Shown: piece by piece, positions 1-7,645 of the stretch | Position numbering within the stretch: the stretch's first letter is position 1 | Layout of the letters: each line of letters opens with the position of its first letter | Assembly (NCBI GenBank): GCA_039715015.1 | Contig: JBDLIE010000063.1 | Coordinates: forward strand, 1 to 14,618 | Length of the DNA stretch: 14,618 bases | Source: Thermodesulfobacteriota bacterium | GTDB lineage: Bacteria; Desulfobacterota; Desulfobulbia; Desulfobulbales; SURF-16 | Direction: 5' to 3' | Position numbers and translations under genes: made by a program | Notes under the pieces: generated by a model | What the model was told of the DNA's origin: nothing | Database searches by the model: none | Seen by the model: only the letters and a program-made list of their open reading frames with translations

Positions 1-1
1 A

Positions 2-51
2 CTCTCTGCCGCGAACAGCCCAGCCGAACTGTGCTCTCCCGCGGCAGAGAG
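2..51. repeat. Inverted repeat / RNA hairpin with perfect 12-bp arms
   Basis: CTCTCTGCCGCG (2-13) and CGCGGCAGAGAG (40-51) are exact reverse complements. The hairpin lies just downstream of the leftward promoter at 56-84. Confidence 0.75.
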
Positions 52-55
52 CGAC

Positions 56-84
56 AACCTAATGGAACACCACCACCTTGTCAA
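56..84 (-). promoter_or_regulatory. Predicted sigma70 promoter firing leftward out of the window
   Basis: Minus strand: TTGACA (84-79), 17 nt, TAGGTT (61-56). An A-tract lies upstream (UP-element-like) and GC-rich GTCGCT follows the -10. Confidence 0.6.
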
Positions 85-217
85 AGGGTTTTTTGTGACA
101 CAGAAGCCTGCCACAGACAGGTTTGCTTTTTTCATCGCTAATACAGTCAGATATTCCCACGACAAATCTTTCATTTTCTCCCAGCCCAATCAGGCTTTGC
201 AGCATTCTCCATCCGCT

Positions 218-967
218 CTATCTATTAATAGCATCTGCCATACATGCTGCACCGAAGCCATTATCAATATTCACCACTGCCACCCCTGGCGAACAGCTAT
301 TAAGCATACCCAGCAAAGCAGCAAGCCCGCCAAACCCGGTTCCATAGCCCACACTTGTTGGCACAGCGATCACTGGAGTGGACACCAATCCTGCCACCAC
401 ACTGGGCAGAGCCCCCTCCATACCTGCAACTACCACCAAAACCCGTGCTTCCTGTAGTTTGTCCAAACTCGCATAAAGACGATGGATGCCAGCAACACCG
501 ACATCATAGATAGTCTCGACCTTGTTACCCAAACACCACGCCGTGATCCGGGCCTCTTCAGCGACACTCATATCACTGGTGCCGGCACTGACCACAGCCA
601 CAACACCATTTTCTTTCAAATCTTTGTTTTGGGGCGGACGGGCCACCAGCATTTGCGCTTCCTGAAAATACTGAACAGCTTTTATCTTAGCCTCAACTTT
701 CCGAGCCTTTTGTTCATCGACTCTGGTGGCCATGACAATGCCAGGTCTCTTGAGCATGGACTTCATGATTCCGCAAATCTGCTCAGCTGTCTTATTTTCA
801 CCGTAAACAACCTCAGGTCTGCCAGTTCGCAGGGCCCGATGGTGATCGAGACAGGCGAAGCCTAGGGGATCGGCGCTTAAGCCCTCAAGCCTTTTTAAGG
901 CAGCCTCAACCGAGGATTCCCCGGACTTAACTTGCTGTAGCAAATTTTCTATCGCTGTTTTATCCAT
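218..967 (-). CDS. larB: Nickel pincer cofactor biosynthesis protein LarB (PurE/NCAIR mutase-like)
   Basis: 249 aa with LarB motifs DHHRALRTGRPEVVYGENKT, AGTSD, DVGVAGIHRL, VAGMEGALPSVV, PTSVGYG, LLGMLNSC, VVNIDNGFGAA. Confidence 0.93.
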   Translation of the reverse strand: MDKTAIENLLQQVKSGESSVEAALKRLEGLSADPLGFACLDHHRALRTGRPEVVYGENKTAEQICGIMKSMLKRPGIVMATRVDEQKARKVEAKIKAVQYFQEAQMLVARPPQNKDLKENGVVAVVSAGTSDMSVAEEARITAWCLGNKVETIYDVGVAGIHRLYASLDKLQEARVLVVVAGMEGALPSVVAGLVSTPVIAVPTSVGYGTGFGGLAALLGMLNSCSPGVAVVNIDNGFGAACMADAINR

Positions 968-1107
968 ATCACCATTCTCTTTTGTCTAGAATCACGCATC
1001 TTCTTGACTGATCCTCTTTTTGGTCTAGAGTATCATAACCTGTGTCATCATATAATAGACGCAGTCAAGAAAAAGAGTCCAATCCCATCTACCCTGCACC
1101 TACACAT

Positions 1108-2019
1108 ATGCCAACTTCATTTTCCCATCGCCCTGCCCGCCACTGGCTGCAAATTGATATCTCTGTGCCTGCTGAGTTCAGAGACTATGTCAGCCACCAA
1201 CTGACACAAATCACCGGTAACGGCGTGCAGCTCCTCGACAAAAACGGCAGCGAGGTAATCATCGGCTATCTGGAAAAAAATGCTGATTATCTCGCCGCGC
1301 GTAGGGAACTTGACGGTTTTATCGACGAACTGAGCAAAAAACTGCCGGAACCAGTGGAGCTTTCCTTAAATACCATTGTTGAAGAAAACTGGGCCGAAAA
1401 CTGGAAAGAAAATTATAAGCCAAGCCGGATCACCGACACCATCACGGTCAAACCAACCTGGGAGACCTATAGCCCTGCCGACAAAGAAATCGTCATTGAA
1501 ATCGATCCAGGCATGGCATTTGGCACCGGTCTTCATAGTTCCACCCGGCTGGCCTTGGGCTTTATTGACCTACTCTTTTCTGCTGCTGAAACACGTCCCA
1601 AACAGGTGCTTGATGTTGGCACTGGCACCGGCGTTCTGGCCATTGCTGCCGCCAAACTCGGCGCCAAGCATGTTACAGCAATTGATAACGATATTGATGC
1701 CGTGGCGGCGGCCCGAGAAAATATAGCGCAAAACAAGGCAAGCAAACACATACTCTGCTCGGACAGAGAGCTGGCAGACCTGAAAGATTCTTTTGACCTG
1801 GTCATCGCGAATATTACCGCAGATATTTTGAACCAGCTTTGCTCAGAACTGGTGAACAAAATGAAACCTGGTGGTCATCTCATTTTAGCTGGCATCCTCC
1901 AAGGGCCTCAGGCCGATCATGTCATAGGCCGCTTCCAGGATTCCTCCTTGCAGCTTGCCGACCAAAAAACCGAAGGAAGATGGGCCGCCCTGCTTTTCAC
2001 CAAAAACCCTCTCCCCTAA
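1108..2019 (+). CDS. prmA: Ribosomal protein L11 methyltransferase
   Basis: Motifs ENWAENWK, IDPGMAFGTGLHSSTRL, SAM-binding VLDVGTGTGVL, DLVIANI, LILAGIL. Start set at ATG 1108; the frame is open from GTG 1042, so the start is uncertain. Confidence 0.93.
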   Translation: MPTSFSHRPARHWLQIDISVPAEFRDYVSHQLTQITGNGVQLLDKNGSEVIIGYLEKNADYLAARRELDGFIDELSKKLPEPVELSLNTIVEENWAENWKENYKPSRITDTITVKPTWETYSPADKEIVIEIDPGMAFGTGLHSSTRLALGFIDLLFSAAETRPKQVLDVGTGTGVLAIAAAKLGAKHVTAIDNDIDAVAAARENIAQNKASKHILCSDRELADLKDSFDLVIANITADILNQLCSELVNKMKPGGHLILAGILQGPQADHVIGRFQDSSLQLADQKTEGRWAALLFTKNPLP

Positions 2020-2025
2020 TTTATC

Positions 2026-2754
2026 ATGCGCCGTTTTCTTATTGATCCTCTCCCTCAGGAAAATACCACGACTCATCTTGGCAAAGAAGAGTCCCATCAT
2101 ATCCGCAAGGTCCTGCGCCTGAAAAAGGGAGATACCATTGAGCTTTTCGATGGACAGGGCATGACGTATCAGGCCACCATATCTGAAATAGGCAAGTTGA
2201 TACAAGTCAGCATTGATTCAGGGAAAGCAAGCACACCTCCCCTTCCCCGCCTCCAGCTTCACCTGGGACTTCTAAAGGGCAAGAAGATGGAGTTTGTTAT
2301 CCAGAAGGCCACCGAACTTGGGGTGCACACCATCCACCCATTCAGCTCCGACTTCACCGAGGCCCAGCTCCCTAAAGAGCAAAAAAAAGAGCGCTGGCAC
2401 AAGATCTCTCTTGAAGCGTGCAAGCAATGCGGACGCAACTGGCCCCTCATTATCAACGAGCCCTCCCCCGTGGCTGAACAAGTGCAAACACTGCCTGCAG
2501 ATGCCTCCTCCGTCCTGTTTTGGGAGGATGAAATCAGACAAGATCCGGGCGACCTCGCTTTCCCCAATGAGTTGACAGACCTCCACCTTTTCATTGGTCC
2601 AGAGGGAGGATTTTCACCGGAGGAGGTGGGCCTCTGCCAGCAGCACATGCCAGCCGTTTCTCTAGGCCCCCTCACCCTGCGGGCTGAGACCGCGGTTATC
2701 ACCGCCCTTTCACTGGCTCTTTTTCTAACGGGCCGGATGCAGCATCAATCTTAA
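2026..2754 (+). CDS. rsmE: 16S rRNA m3U1498 methyltransferase
   Basis: Motifs HHIRKVLRL, IQKATELGV, EACKQCGR, FIGPEGGFS, SLGPLTLRAETA. Follows prmA, a common linkage. Confidence 0.95.
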   Translation: MRRFLIDPLPQENTTTHLGKEESHHIRKVLRLKKGDTIELFDGQGMTYQATISEIGKLIQVSIDSGKASTPPLPRLQLHLGLLKGKKMEFVIQKATELGVHTIHPFSSDFTEAQLPKEQKKERWHKISLEACKQCGRNWPLIINEPSPVAEQVQTLPADASSVLFWEDEIRQDPGDLAFPNELTDLHLFIGPEGGFSPEEVGLCQQHMPAVSLGPLTLRAETAVITALSLALFLTGRMQHQS

Positions 2755-2765
2755 GGAAACAAACC

Positions 2766-3215
2766 ATGCGTGCCGTTATTCAACTTGTGAAAGAAAGCTC
2801 TGTGACCGTTTCCGGCGATGAAACAGGCGCTATCAAAAAAGGCCTCCTCATCTTCCTTGGTGTCACCAGAGACGATTCGGAAAAAGATGCTGTGTACCTT
2901 GCCGAGAAGATCGTCAATCTCCGCATCTTCCAGGACCATGATGATAAGATGAACCTCTCCCTTCTCGACATTGATGGCGAGGCCCTCGTTGTCTCCCAGT
3001 TCACCCTCTATGGCGATTGCCGCAAAGGCCGCCGCCCCTCCTACTCCAAAGCTGCCGGGCCTGAGAAGGCCGAACAGCTCTATAATTTCTTCATTAATCA
3101 GATTGAAGGTTTTGGAGTCTCGGTCGGCACCGGTATTTTCCAGGCCATGATGGAGGTCCATCTCGTTAACAATGGACCCGTGACCCTGCTTGTCGACTCT
3201 GACAAAACCTTTTAG
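2766..3215 (+). CDS. dtd: D-aminoacyl-tRNA deacylase
   Basis: 149 aa with MRAVIQ, NLRIF, VVSQFTL, GRRPS, NNGPVT. AAGGA ribosome-binding site upstream. Confidence 0.96.
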   Translation: MRAVIQLVKESSVTVSGDETGAIKKGLLIFLGVTRDDSEKDAVYLAEKIVNLRIFQDHDDKMNLSLLDIDGEALVVSQFTLYGDCRKGRRPSYSKAAGPEKAEQLYNFFINQIEGFGVSVGTGIFQAMMEVHLVNNGPVTLLVDSDKTF

Positions 3216-3276
3216 CGTACAACATGGTGGCCTCACGCCGCGTTGCGGCGTCCCATTGCAAGTCCCCCAACAGCAT

Positions 3277-3304
3277 AAAAAAACCCAGGAATCTCTTCCT
3301 GGGT
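3277..3304 (-). terminator. Rho-independent terminator for the minus-strand tlpA cluster
   Basis: Stem ACCCAGGAA (3283-3291) / TTCCTGGGT (3296-3304) with a 4-nt loop. The A-tract at 3277-3283 gives a U-tract on the minus strand, about 40 nt after the tlpA stop. Confidence 0.8.
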
Positions 3305-3343
3305 CTGATAAATACGCCAACACGGCTTACTCGCCGTCATATC

Positions 3344-3859
3344 TTAGTTCAGCAGATCTTTGACATCCTTAGCCATCTTTTCATAGGTTGTATAGCCCGG
3401 GTATTTTTTCACTATCTTGCCGTTTGTATCGACAAGAAAGGAAGAAGGAATGGCACCCAAGGCCCCAAATTCTTTGGCCACTTCCTTTGTACCCAAAGCA
3501 ATGGGATAATTAACCCCTATCTTTTTGACAAACCGTGAGACCTTCTCCTTAGCACTCCTGTCCATGGATATGCCGATCACCGTGAAACCCTTATCGCTAT
3601 TCTCTTCTTGGAGGCGGACAAGTGAAGGAATCTCCCTTCGACACGGCGGACACCAGGTGGCCCAAAAATTCACCAATAGTATTTTGTCTTGAAAATCTTC
3701 ACTTTTGACAGTCACAGGGGAATCTCCAATTCCAGGCAAAGAAAATGTGGGCATGTTTTTTTCAGCTAGCACGCCCACTGCCTGACAGGCAAACCCCACC
3801 TGGATGAGCAAGAAAAATAACGCTATCCGCACCAGTAACTTACTATGAGTTATCTCCAT
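3344..3859 (-). CDS. TlpA/ResA-like thiol-disulfide oxidoreductase, exported or membrane-anchored
   Basis: LLVNFWATWCPPCRREIP active site, cis-Pro motif GAIPSSFLVD and a hydrophobic N-terminus. ATG 3859 has a GGAGGG RBS at 3865-3870. Confidence 0.88.
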   Translation of the reverse strand: MEITHSKLLVRIALFFLLIQVGFACQAVGVLAEKNMPTFSLPGIGDSPVTVKSEDFQDKILLVNFWATWCPPCRREIPSLVRLQEENSDKGFTVIGISMDRSAKEKVSRFVKKIGVNYPIALGTKEVAKEFGALGAIPSSFLVDTNGKIVKKYPGYTTYEKMAKDVKDLLN

Positions 3860-3932
3860 GGCAACCCTCCTGCCCGCAAAGACACAATCTTGACGTACAA
3901 AGCTGTTTCTTTCCTTTTCGCGCAACCTCAAG

Positions 3933-4373
3933 TTATGGCCTCACCGCACGGACATAGCCGGCCTTGCCAGGCTCATACTGCCTTGACGGATCGCATTGAT
4001 CAGAAATGGCCCAGGCGCCAATCATCCCATCACCGTCCTTTTCGCCAGACCAGTAGTTCCCCTCTCTATCGAGGGTGATCTTGCCGTTCTTATGGAGGTC
4101 AAAGAGATAGTTGAGGTCATAGAGCTCATAGATGGTGGGCAGACGCCAATCATCATAGCCGCCCAGGGTCAACTGCTCGGCAAAGGCCTTAGCCTCGTTA
4201 AAACTCTTGAACCTCTTGCTTCTTTCCAGCTGCCACATTTGGCCGGTGGCATTATCCTGCAGGATACCCTGGACCGGAATAGCGTACCGGGCGTTTTTCG
4301 CTGACTTCCCTGCACATCCCGCCAAGGTGACAACCAGGGCTAATAGTAAACAGGTCATTAAATTTTTATTCAT
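3933..4373 (-). CDS. DUF1566 (Lcl-type) domain lipoprotein
   Basis: Signal peptide with lipobox LAGC; DUF1566 motifs DNATGQMWQ, GGYDDWRLPTIYEL, YWS, YVRAVR. AGAGG RBS 7 nt before ATG 4373. Confidence 0.8.
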   Translation of the reverse strand: MNKNLMTCLLLALVVTLAGCAGKSAKNARYAIPVQGILQDNATGQMWQLERSKRFKSFNEAKAFAEQLTLGGYDDWRLPTIYELYDLNYLFDLHKNGKITLDREGNYWSGEKDGDGMIGAWAISDQCDPSRQYEPGKAGYVRAVRP

Positions 4374-4438
4374 GATCATACCTCTTCTAACGTTTTTGTG
4401 GGCCGGGATTTGCCGTACCCGCACACCGCTTAAAAAGT

Positions 4439-5071
4439 TCATACAGCGGCAGCTAATATATTCCCCAGTTTCTTACCTAAATCCCTTGCGACACCTATTT
4501 TGTCGGGCTGTTTGCTCAGATCCGGGATGATGTCATCTGTGATTTCTACCCCTTTGCCACAAAGCATACGTACAGCCCCAGTGTTACATGTCTCTCCGTA
4601 ACCGCAGGTAAAACAGGAGGCCGCGCCTTGGGCGGTCACTGTGCCGACATGGTTAATCTGATAATAGGGGAGCATTTTTTCAATCATTGCTGCCGGCACT
4701 TCGGGCTCAAGGCCTCCCGTACTGACGACCACAGCATGTTTGCCAGCCAAGGAAAGGCAATCGCGATGACGAAATTGACAGAGCCTCTCAAGGAAACAAT
4801 GGCTCAAGGCATTAAGGGCGGAAAAATAATTGGGGGCGCCAATCACCAGGGCATCCGCAGCCAAAATCTTGTCCCGAAGCGGCCCCATATCGTCCTTAAT
4901 CTTGCAGACGTTATCCTTCACGCACGCCAGACAAGCTGTGCAGGGGGCTATTTTTTTTCCCGCCAAAGAAACAAATTCACTTTCACAGCCAACCGACTGC
5001 AATACTTCCTTAACCAATCGATCAGTGGTCTTGCCACGCCTGGGGCTTCCTGAAATACCTAGAACTTGCAC
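4439..5071 (-). CDS. Flavodoxin-family / iron-sulfur flavoprotein (Isf-like)
   Basis: GISGSPRRG FMN loop, CTACLACVKDNVC (Cx2Cx2Cx5C), IKDDM, GAPNYF. GTG start with AGGAG RBS at 5077-5081. Confidence 0.87.
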   Translation of the reverse strand: MQVLGISGSPRRGKTTDRLVKEVLQSVGCESEFVSLAGKKIAPCTACLACVKDNVCKIKDDMGPLRDKILAADALVIGAPNYFSALNALSHCFLERLCQFRHRDCLSLAGKHAVVVSTGGLEPEVPAAMIEKMLPYYQINHVGTVTAQGAASCFTCGYGETCNTGAVRMLCGKGVEITDDIIPDLSKQPDKIGVARDLGKKLGNILAAAV

Positions 5072-5082
5072 GCCTGCTCCTC

Positions 5083-5102
5083 TGTACCAACCAGATGGTA
5101 CA
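5083..5102. promoter_or_regulatory. Candidate TetR operator upstream of the flavoprotein gene
   Basis: Palindrome TGTACCA-N6-TGGTACA next to the RBS. It contains ACC-N4-GGTACA, shared with the site at 5726-5741. Confidence 0.6.
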
Positions 5103-5120
5103 TTTTTAAGTCAAAAAAAA

Positions 5121-5708
5121 TCAGCGCCCTAGTATGGCCCCGATTACTGCTAAACAATCATCAAGATCAGCCGGATCCTTACTTACTCGCGACATCATGA
5201 TACCTCCTTCGATGGTGGCCACTATGGTTTTTGCTAACAAGCTGGGCGACAAACTTGAATTAAGAGAACAGTCTTCGCCGGCCAGAGCTAAATGGCCATC
5301 AATCTCGTCAACCCAACGGGCAAACACGCCGTGGAGAACCTCGGAAAAACGGGGATTGCTATCACTCATCTCCAAGGCGGCGTTGCCAAAGAGACAGCCG
5401 CCAACAAAAATATTTTTCTTCTGCTCAGCAAAAATGGCCTGGCAGGAATTGACCACCTTGGCGCAGGGAGAGTCGCCTTGAAAAGAGTGCGCGAGGAACT
5501 TGAAAAATTCCTCCTTGGCGTCCTCCAAAACAGCCAGGCCGATATCTTCCTTGCTGGCAAAATGGTAGTAAAGGTTGCCCTTCTTGACACCTGTAGCATC
5601 GATAATATCGCTGATACTGGTATTATGAAAACCATTGGCCACCAAAATAGCACGGGTGGTCTTCAGAATATGATCTCTGGTCTTCTCGCCTTTTTTTATC
5701 GTGGCCAT
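5121..5708 (-). CDS. TetR/AcrR family regulator (NemR/YxaF-like C-terminal domain)
   Basis: HTH region GFHNTSISDIIDATGVKKGNLYYHFASKE and C-terminal GGCLFGN. AGGAGG RBS at 5713-5718. Confidence 0.92.
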   Translation of the reverse strand: MATIKKGEKTRDHILKTTRAILVANGFHNTSISDIIDATGVKKGNLYYHFASKEDIGLAVLEDAKEEFFKFLAHSFQGDSPCAKVVNSCQAIFAEQKKNIFVGGCLFGNAALEMSDSNPRFSEVLHGVFARWVDEIDGHLALAGEDCSLNSSLSPSLLAKTIVATIEGGIMMSRVSKDPADLDDCLAVIGAILGR

Positions 5709-5725
5709 GCAACCTCCTTAACAAA

Positions 5726-5770
5726 CTGACCGTTTGGTACAAAAATAAACATTTAACATATTTGGGTCAA
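5726..5770 (-). promoter_or_regulatory. tetR promoter with candidate autoregulatory operator
   Basis: Minus strand TTGACC (5770-5765), 17 nt, TATTTT, then the imperfect palindrome CTGACCGTTTGGTACA (5726-5741, plus strand) over the expected start site. Confidence 0.55.
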
Positions 5771-5871
5771 CAGCAAAATTCACTAAACAAACATCAATTC
5801 AGTTAACAGGCTGTATTTATTTAAAAAAATATTTCTAAAAAACGGGCCGAAAACAACACTTGCGGCTCATT

Positions 5872-6342
5872 TTACTCGTCTTGGTAGGGAAAGAGGCTGC
5901 GCCAACAACGCAGCATGGCGACTTTAAGTTCAGGGTCGTCAATGTCGCCAAGAAATTCCTCAAACTGTGTGAGGTCACCGGCGTCAGGTGCCGGTCCCAC
6001 AGGGCGGGGAGGAGACTCTCTCTTTGGCGTATCATCAGTTGGCAAGCGCAGTTGGAAGCGGATATCCTCCACCTCCACCGAGTCAAATTCCTTATTGACC
6101 TTGTCCATCAAGGCTGTTTTCAGAAATTGAAGCTGTTGCATCCAAATGGAGTCAGACACGTCAACCCAAAGCACTTTACCGCGATATTTGGCAGGTGTTG
6201 CATGACTGGCAATCTCTTTACCCACCGCTTTTTCCCAGAAATCAAAAACCTCATGGAGCTCAAAACGATCCTGCCAGTGGCGGCGTGTTATCATTTCGCC
6301 AAGCAGGGAGCTTATATGGTCTGGGGTATGTTTTCTGCTCAT
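5872..6342 (-). CDS. DUF721 / DciA-family protein (helicase loader-like)
   Basis: Pattern WEKAVGKEIASHATP...LWVDVSDSIWMQQLQFLKTALMDKVN...VEDIRF typical of DUF721, then a Pro/charged linker. ATG 6342 chosen; the frame is open from 6378. Confidence 0.8.
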   Translation of the reverse strand: MSRKHTPDHISSLLGEMITRRHWQDRFELHEVFDFWEKAVGKEIASHATPAKYRGKVLWVDVSDSIWMQQLQFLKTALMDKVNKEFDSVEVEDIRFQLRLPTDDTPKRESPPRPVGPAPDAGDLTQFEEFLGDIDDPELKVAMLRCWRSLFPYQDE

Positions 6343-6502
6343 GGGATCGAATCTATAAAGAGGGAGAGATAATGGCAAAAGATATTCTTCCCTTGCCCCT
6401 TTGCCAAGAAGTAATTATAGATGGCTTCGTATTTTTTATCATATAAAAGGTCGGCAGCGGCGATCAAAAAATTCTGCTGGCGACAAGTATAGGAGTATTA
6501 CC

Positions 6503-7597
6503 ATGGGCTTTCGCTGCGGTATTGTCGGCCTGCCAAACGTCGGCAAATCTACAATTTTTAATGCTATGACCTCTGCAGGCATTGAGTCGGCCAACTACCC
6601 TTTTTGCACCATTGAGCCCAATGTCGGCATGGTGCCGGTCCCGGACGAACGCCTCACCAAACTGGCCAAGATGGCCAATACCAAGAAGACCGTTTATGCC
6701 CAGATGGAATTTGTTGATATTGCCGGTTTAGTGGCAGGAGCAAGCCAGGGCGAGGGCCTTGGCAACCAATTCCTGGGCCATATCCGCCAGGTGGATGCCA
6801 TTGCCCATGTTATCCGCTGTTTCGAGGATGGCAATATCGTCCACGTTGACGGCGCAATCGACCCCATCCGCGACCGCGAGGTCATCAATACCGAATTGAT
6901 CCTTGCTGATCTAGATACGGTAGCGCGCCGTCTCGATAAAACCAGAAGCCAGGCCAAATCCGGCGACAAACTTTTCAAAACCCAGGTTCTTATCCTAGAG
7001 GAACTTCAGCAGCTGCTTGACAATGGCAAACCCGCCCGGCTGCTTGAAACAGATGACATAGGCGATAAGCTCCTAAAAGAGCTCTGCCTGCTCACCAGCA
7101 AGCCTGTGCTGTACGTGGCTAATGTTGCTGAAGAAGACATTGCCACCGGCAATGAATGGGTCGATAAGCTGAAAGCAGAGGTGGCCGAAGAGCAGTCACC
7201 CGTTGTGGTGATCTCAGGCGCCATCGAAGAAGAACTTTCCGGTCTGGAGCCTGAGGAACAAGAAGAATATCTGGCAGATATCGGCATGGAAACCTCTGGC
7301 CTTAACCGCCTTATCAAGGCCGGCTATGACCTGCTCGGCCTCCGTAATTATTTCACGGTGGGCGAGAAAGAGACCAGGGCCTGGACCATCAAAAAAGGAG
7401 CCACCGCCCCTGAGGCGGCCGGCGTTATCCACACCGATTTCCAAAAAGGCTTTATCCGGGCTGAGGTTGTGGCTTATGACGATTTCGTTGCCTCCGGCGG
7501 TGAAGCGGGAGCTAAGGACAAAGGGCTCTGGCGCTTGGAGGGCAAGGAGTATGTTGTCCAGGATGGCGACTGCGTCAATTTCAGATTTAATGTATAG
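6503..7597 (+). CDS. ychF: Ribosome-binding ATPase YchF (Obg family)
   Basis: [71 protein letters not shown] at 6491-6495. Confidence 0.97.
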   Translation: MGFRCGIVGLPNVGKSTIFNAMTSAGIESANYPFCTIEPNVGMVPVPDERLTKLAKMANTKKTVYAQMEFVDIAGLVAGASQGEGLGNQFLGHIRQVDAIAHVIRCFEDGNIVHVDGAIDPIRDREVINTELILADLDTVARRLDKTRSQAKSGDKLFKTQVLILEELQQLLDNGKPARLLETDDIGDKLLKELCLLTSKPVLYVANVAEEDIATGNEWVDKLKAEVAEEQSPVVVISGAIEEELSGLEPEEQEEYLADIGMETSGLNRLIKAGYDLLGLRNYFTVGEKETRAWTIKKGATAPEAAGVIHTDFQKGFIRAEVVAYDDFVASGGEAGAKDKGLWRLEGKEYVVQDGDCVNFRFNV

Positions 7598-7645
7598 CGA
7601 TGGCCAACTCTTGCCATTAATTGCCCCCAAACACCCCTAGTCCTG

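Noticed and set aside
2751..3323. 190-aa antisense ORF over dtd, and similar shadow ORFs throughout
   Set aside because: They overlap well-supported genes and lack recognisable motifs.
3644..3660. Selenocysteine in the TlpA active site
   Set aside because: The motif reads WCPPC with ordinary Cys codons and no in-frame TGA.
6401..6502. N-terminal extension of ychF
   Set aside because: YchF homology and the RBS both point to ATG 6503.
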